Origin: Amoebidium appalachense
Lineage: Eukaryota; Protista; Ichthyosporea
Length of the DNA: 64,000 bases
Direction: 5' to 3'
Assembly: GCA_963693365.1 (NCBI GenBank)
Contig: CAVNZM010000013.1
Span: 707,817-771,816, forward strand
The notes under the pieces were generated by a model that was not told the DNA's origin, did not search any database, and was given only the letters and a program-made list of their open reading frames with translations. Positions 60,601 to 64,000 of the stretch are shown here, piece after piece. The translations under genes were made by a program, and so were the position numbers. How positions within the stretch are numbered: position 1 is the stretch's first letter; the number at the start of each line of letters is the position of its first letter.

Positions 60601-61795
60601 ATTCCTCAACGGCACCGTCAACGAGACCATCTACATTGAGCAGCCCCCTGGCTTCGTCAACCCCTCGGCCCCCCATGCTGTCGGCTTGCTCCACAAGGCG
60701 CTCTACGGCCTAAAACAGGCACCGCGCCAGTGGTATGAGGCCCTCCGTGACCATCTCCTCGACCAAGGCTTCATTGTGAGTGCTGCTGACCCGTGCCTGT
60801 TCATCAAGAATGCCGGGACCCCAACGTTTATTGCCCTTGCTGCCTACGTGGATGACTTCACCGTGACGGCCGCCACTGATGCGCTCATCGACGATTTTTT
60901 CACCAAGCTGGATGCTCGTTTCTCTGCCAAGGACCTGGGTCGTCCTACCCTGCTCATCGGGCACACTCTTACCTGGCTGGAGGACGGGTCTCTGCGTCTG
61001 GGCCATCGTCAACACATCATCGACTTGGCTGCCCGTTTTCGTCTCACCCACATGTCCGGCACCAAGACCCCCATCGTCCCGGGCCAGGCCAGTGAAAGCA
61101 ACAAGACCCCAGCCTACAGCAAGAAGGAGGACTATGCCAGCCTGGTCGGTGCCCTGCTGTGGATTGCGCGTACCACCCGCCCCGACATTTCCCAGGCTCT
61201 GGGAGTCCTTACTCGACACATTCATGCGCCCACCGTCACCCACTGGACTATGGCTACCAGAGTTGTAAGCTACCTGCTGGCCACCATCGACCTGGGTATT
61301 GTCTACCGTCCCGGCCCCCCCAACCTTGTTGGCTACTCCGACTCCGACTACGCCGAGGACCGCGACACCCGGCGCTCCACCACGGGCTATGTCTTCTTCA
61401 TCAACTCCTCCCCTGTGTCCTGGGTGTCTCGGCTCCAGTCCATCACCACCCACAGCTCCACTGAGGCTGAATTTGTGGCCATGTCTGCTGCTACGAACGA
61501 GGCCCTATGGCTCAACTATGTGATGGACGACCTGGGCCTTAATCCTATCAATGAGCCCACCCCGGTGCCCATCCATGGGGACAATGAGTCTGCCCGGGCC
61601 CTGCTGGACACCCTGGGGGTTAAGCCCAAGACCAAGCACATCGACGTCCGCTACTGCTCCGTCAAGGAACATCACCTGCTGGGCAACATCACTGTGGTCC
61701 CGGTGGCTTCTGCTGACAACAAGGCCGACATGTTCACCAAGGCCCTGTCTGCCTCTTTCTTCACCAAGGCCGTGGGGATGCTCAACATGTGCTGA
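57497..61795 (+). CDS. Copia Gag-Pol polyprotein, 1432 aa (Gag, CCHC knuckle, protease, integrase, RT, RNase H)
   Basis: CHGCGKPGHIKSQC; LLDSGATDH; WHYRLGH..CEPCALGK; HSDISGP..SDGGGEY..AERLNRTL; KGYKVW; KARLVARG, LYGLKQAPRQW, YVDD; YSDSDY..EAEF..KHID..ADMFTKAL. Domain order is PR-IN-RT-RH. Confidence 0.97.
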   Translation: MSDNLQLQQLVQLLEQRLASQDAIISDLQKEQRALELASMNTMSNRVMGPSRNDSIKFKVDIPLFTGIDNDSGTDYHTWAETMYVQLSGAGLLHTIAPSTEHPATREQVDTARSYLWQALSVDVRCILGLTRTTTPAEIWSALSAHYLEQSEANQYDLIGLYMNSTPEPTDTATKYAMKLRGYVRRLADYGTQIGDAQVLTKLTNDLGKVPYYEMPVIAYKMTPKPTVMGLLQQLRAYETSHPRARVTTSSGPAAFTTRAPQPVICHGCGKPGHIKSQCPNGNGQHSNSGNNRASTYPKGSCVNHPLSTSHTTAMCKGGNRANGRKPKGGPLPPGSCINHPASTTHTTAQCKGGAAAPRAFLMSSNDCGTNKVLLDSGATDHVCPRPDVFINMRAAPYSTVQVADKGACAVLGVGDVFFSSTIDGVTAVHQLTDVLYVPSIPDTLISVFTATTNGVLPRFDTRGGVKLCYGDQILATGSAVGTKLYHMAVSLLRADTTPDAQTTTAPRILKVTADLNTWHYRLGHAGIDAVRSVIKSAGLLVGGGAKSPGVCEPCALGKAHRVAFSESTSQAPRVLAKVHSDISGPFPPAIGGAQYLATFHDEFTGHTTAVPLVKKSDTLAAYVTYHKAAVTQHGVPMQVFQSDGGGEYMGTAFGDYNREHGIRHQITTTGSPQQNGTAERLNRTLLDMVRALLQQSGLPVGFWAEAAMTAAFIRNMLPSRATGSQSSPALLWTGIPPDYSRLRVWGSPCYVHQQDRPKLAPRAVKGIFVGYPPNIKGYKVWIPAAHKMTVSRDVQFDEAAILHPLRDVPSDWSTAPAIHHFLESSDSSNQPANHIVRNDQQSDSSRLSANGTAPSDQLDIPILPEPAHRLPRTTRSGAVYNDQRRGPTANVAAATAPLAPQATAPASTPIKASTIVVPKTVRAALKSPQRLKWEEAAHRELKALEDNGTFTLVPRPEDGSTVIPVGWVFTVKQDNVGNVTAFKARLVARGNYQQPGQDYFVTESPVAALATIRLVLATSVAQGLPLRHIDVNTAFLNGTVNETIYIEQPPGFVNPSAPHAVGLLHKALYGLKQAPRQWYEALRDHLLDQGFIVSAADPCLFIKNAGTPTFIALAAYVDDFTVTAATDALIDDFFTKLDARFSAKDLGRPTLLIGHTLTWLEDGSLRLGHRQHIIDLAARFRLTHMSGTKTPIVPGQASESNKTPAYSKKEDYASLVGALLWIARTTRPDISQALGVLTRHIHAPTVTHWTMATRVVSYLLATIDLGIVYRPGPPNLVGYSDSDYAEDRDTRRSTTGYVFFINSSPVSWVSRLQSITTHSSTEAEFVAMSAATNEALWLNYVMDDLGLNPINEPTPVPIHGDNESARALLDTLGVKPKTKHIDVRYCSVKEHHLLGNITVVPVASADNKADMFTKALSASFFTKAVGMLNMC

Positions 61796-61981
61796 GCACC
61801 CGTCATCAACCAACTGCGCCCTCATACTTCAGGGGGGGGGAGAGAGTTGCATCCGACTGTGCAACTACGTGTACCATACTAAAATTGAGTAGGGGAATCT
61901 TTATTGTCTGTATTTTGTGCACCTGAAGCACTCGAGCTCAGTTGCATTAATTCATACCACAATTATCCAATTGAGTAGGGG

Positions 61982-62747
61982 TGTTGGAGTACACTGGTAC
62001 TCCCGGCTAGCAATGTCTGTTAGAGAAAGTTTCTGAGCAATTGAATAACTGTTTCAACACTCACTCGAGTGCATAGAGCTTTTGTTTACGGTCATATTCA
62101 TATATGGTAGTTATATGTTTGAGCCAAAACTGTACCAATGACGAGCTTCACTAGCAACGTGCTAATTGTGCTCTCTTTTCGGCTATTCCCGGTTCAGATG
62201 ATGTCATGTCTATATTTGCCACAGGATTCTATTCTTAGAGTGGTAGTGTGCTTTATTCCCGGATATTCTCAGAATATTTTTAGTTGTGTGAAGCAAGATT
62301 TACGTTTAACTGCAATTGGTGTGTTAAACACGTTTATTTGTGTGCTTTAGTGCAAGTTAACTAGCCACTCAACGTGCACAGTTAACTTTTATATCTTTAA
62401 CGACTTGTTTTCATTGTGCTCTCTTTTCGGCCATGCTGTACATGGCCCACCACCAGGGTGCACACGAGGCCACCATGAGGTGGCCAACGACTATATAAAG
62501 CAGTGCCTCCCATGTCACAAACATGGGAAGCAGAACGTTTGATTTACACTTTTCTACTGTCGTTTCCAGTGCACAAAACACATAGACTAGTTACCCATCA
62601 TACACGACACTATGTCTGACAACTTACAGTTGCAGCAACTAGTCCAACTACTGGAGCAGAGGTTGGCCTCACAAGATGCAATCATTTCTGACTTACAGAA
62701 GGAACAACGTGCACTAGAACTAGCTTCTATGAACACAATGTCCAACA
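61982..62747 (+). repeat. 3' LTR
   Basis: Direct repeat of the 5' LTR. Confidence 0.95.
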
Positions 62748-63189
62748 ACCCGACCCGGCCCGAAAGTCTAAAAGAAACCCCCTTTAAGGGATGCCTAATA
62801 AGAGTCACTCTGCGGCGGCTCTTTGATTTGTCACAGTTACCATATGCGGTGGGTCGGTCATCCTATGATTCCTTTTAAAAAAATTCGACCACTACGTTAC
62901 GAATCAAGTTGTCACACTAGGCAATGCATAGTAAAGAGTTCAGGATCTTCCCCGGAGTTATTCCTTCCTCTCTTCTCTTCTCTTCTCTTATTCCATGCTT
63001 CCGTCAGGATATAAGGTGAAAATAAAAATCCTAAATTCAGAAAATGGCAATTTTGGAGTTTTAGAGGTTTCAAATTGGAATTTATAGACTTAGGATAATA
63101 GGAATAAGTCTCAGTCGTGGGATTAGAAAGCGATAAATGAGGAAGAATAATAGGATTAACAGGAGAATATGGACAGTTAATCGTTGAGT

Positions 63190-63775
63190 ATGGAATAGTA
63201 ACTATAATAATATTGGTAGTTGCTTTATTAATGATGGATAGAAATAAGAAAAAGGGAATGGAACGAGTAGGATTAATTCTTTTAGCTACTTTAGGAGTTA
63301 TCTTCTTAGTTAGTGCTCAAAAATTATTAACCGTTTACTTAGTAATGAAAGCTCAAAGTTGTGCTTTCTATTCTTTAACTAGAAAATTTTATTTTATCTT
63401 AGGAGCATTAGCTTCATACATCTATTTATTTAAATTATACCAAACAGCTTCTAATGAGAATAAAGAACACTTCTCATTAATCAGAATTGGGTCTGAATTT
63501 ATATTTTTGTTTTGTACTACTATCGATGTAATATTATTAAGGATTATTAAGGCTTGATGTTTCTCCTAGTTGAGAAACTAGATCTAACTAAACAAGTTAT
63601 TATTTCTCTTACGTCATGTCTTTCAACGCCTTCTTCAACTGCAGGATCGAATAATTTATTATCTTTAATTGGATTTCCAGAATTATCTTATTCAAATCCT
63701 GTATTAGCAGCTATCTTTACGATACTATATTCTTTCATTAGCAGGAAGTTTTATTATTTCAAAATTCTTTAGTAA
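63190..63775 (+). pseudogene. nad2: Decayed mitochondrial nad2-like sequence (NUMT)
   Basis: Abrupt AT-rich sequence. LILLATLGVIFLVSAQKLLTVYLVMKAQSCAFYSL..FYFILGALAS resembles Nad2 LISSNDLLSLYLALELQSL..KYFILGALSS, and LSYSNPVLAAIFTIL..KFYYF resembles the later NPLLAxxFTILLFS..KFYIF segment. Large deletions and frame breaks are present. Confidence 0.7.
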
Positions 63776-64000
63776 ATGAGTAGTTTCTATTCTATAATTC
63801 ACCGTCTCATTTTTATTTATTTGCTATCTTTGGGATTCTCTATTCTATCATTCACTTTTACACTTATTTACTTGCCATCCTTGCTATTCTCTCTTCTGCC
63901 ATTTTCTATCCCTTTTATTCACTTGTTATCTTTGGAATTTTATATTCTGCCATTCACTCTTACTTTTATTTAATTGTCATTATTGCTATTTTCTCTTCTA

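Larger units (their letters stand above)
56867..62747 (+). mobile_element. Full-length Ty1/copia LTR retrotransposon (Hemivirus-type primer binding site)
   Basis: Two 766-bp LTRs (TGTTGGA...TCCAACA), PBS GGGTTATGGGCCC at 57633-57645, purine-rich PPT GAGTAGGGG at 61973-61981, and a single intact gag-pol ORF. Confidence 0.97.

Noticed and set aside
57654-61892. Overlapping ORFs inside the retrotransposon, including a possible env
   Set aside because: Shadow ORFs; only about 190 bp separate the pol stop from the 3' LTR.

Overview
Eukaryotic nuclear DNA saturated with poly-G/C tracts and CA/GT/CT microsatellites; most ORFs in the supplied track are repeat artefacts. Manual splicing gives, on the minus strand: the 5' part of a TIM21-like gene, a complete 19-exon AGAP/centaurin-gamma gene (GTPase-like, split PH, ArfGAP, ankyrin; about 759 aa), a 3-exon secreted GDSL/SGNH hydrolase, a probable spliced gene of unknown function and a degenerate GATA-finger ORF. 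Further right are a head-to-head duplicated pair of secreted CPPGQxWDxKYxxCC-repeat proteins, several non-autonomous transposons, an intact Ty1/copia (Hemivirus-type PBS) element with 766-bp LTRs and a decayed nad2-like NUMT. The animal-like AGAP N-terminus suggests a holozoan, possibly an ichthyosporean (inference only). The most unusual signals are (i) partial copies of exon ends, splice site included, in the neighbouring introns, two of which differ from the exon only at synonymous sites, and (ii) a dispersed, strand-biased repeat family bounded by poly-G tracts. Coordinates were counted by hand and may be off by a few bases.
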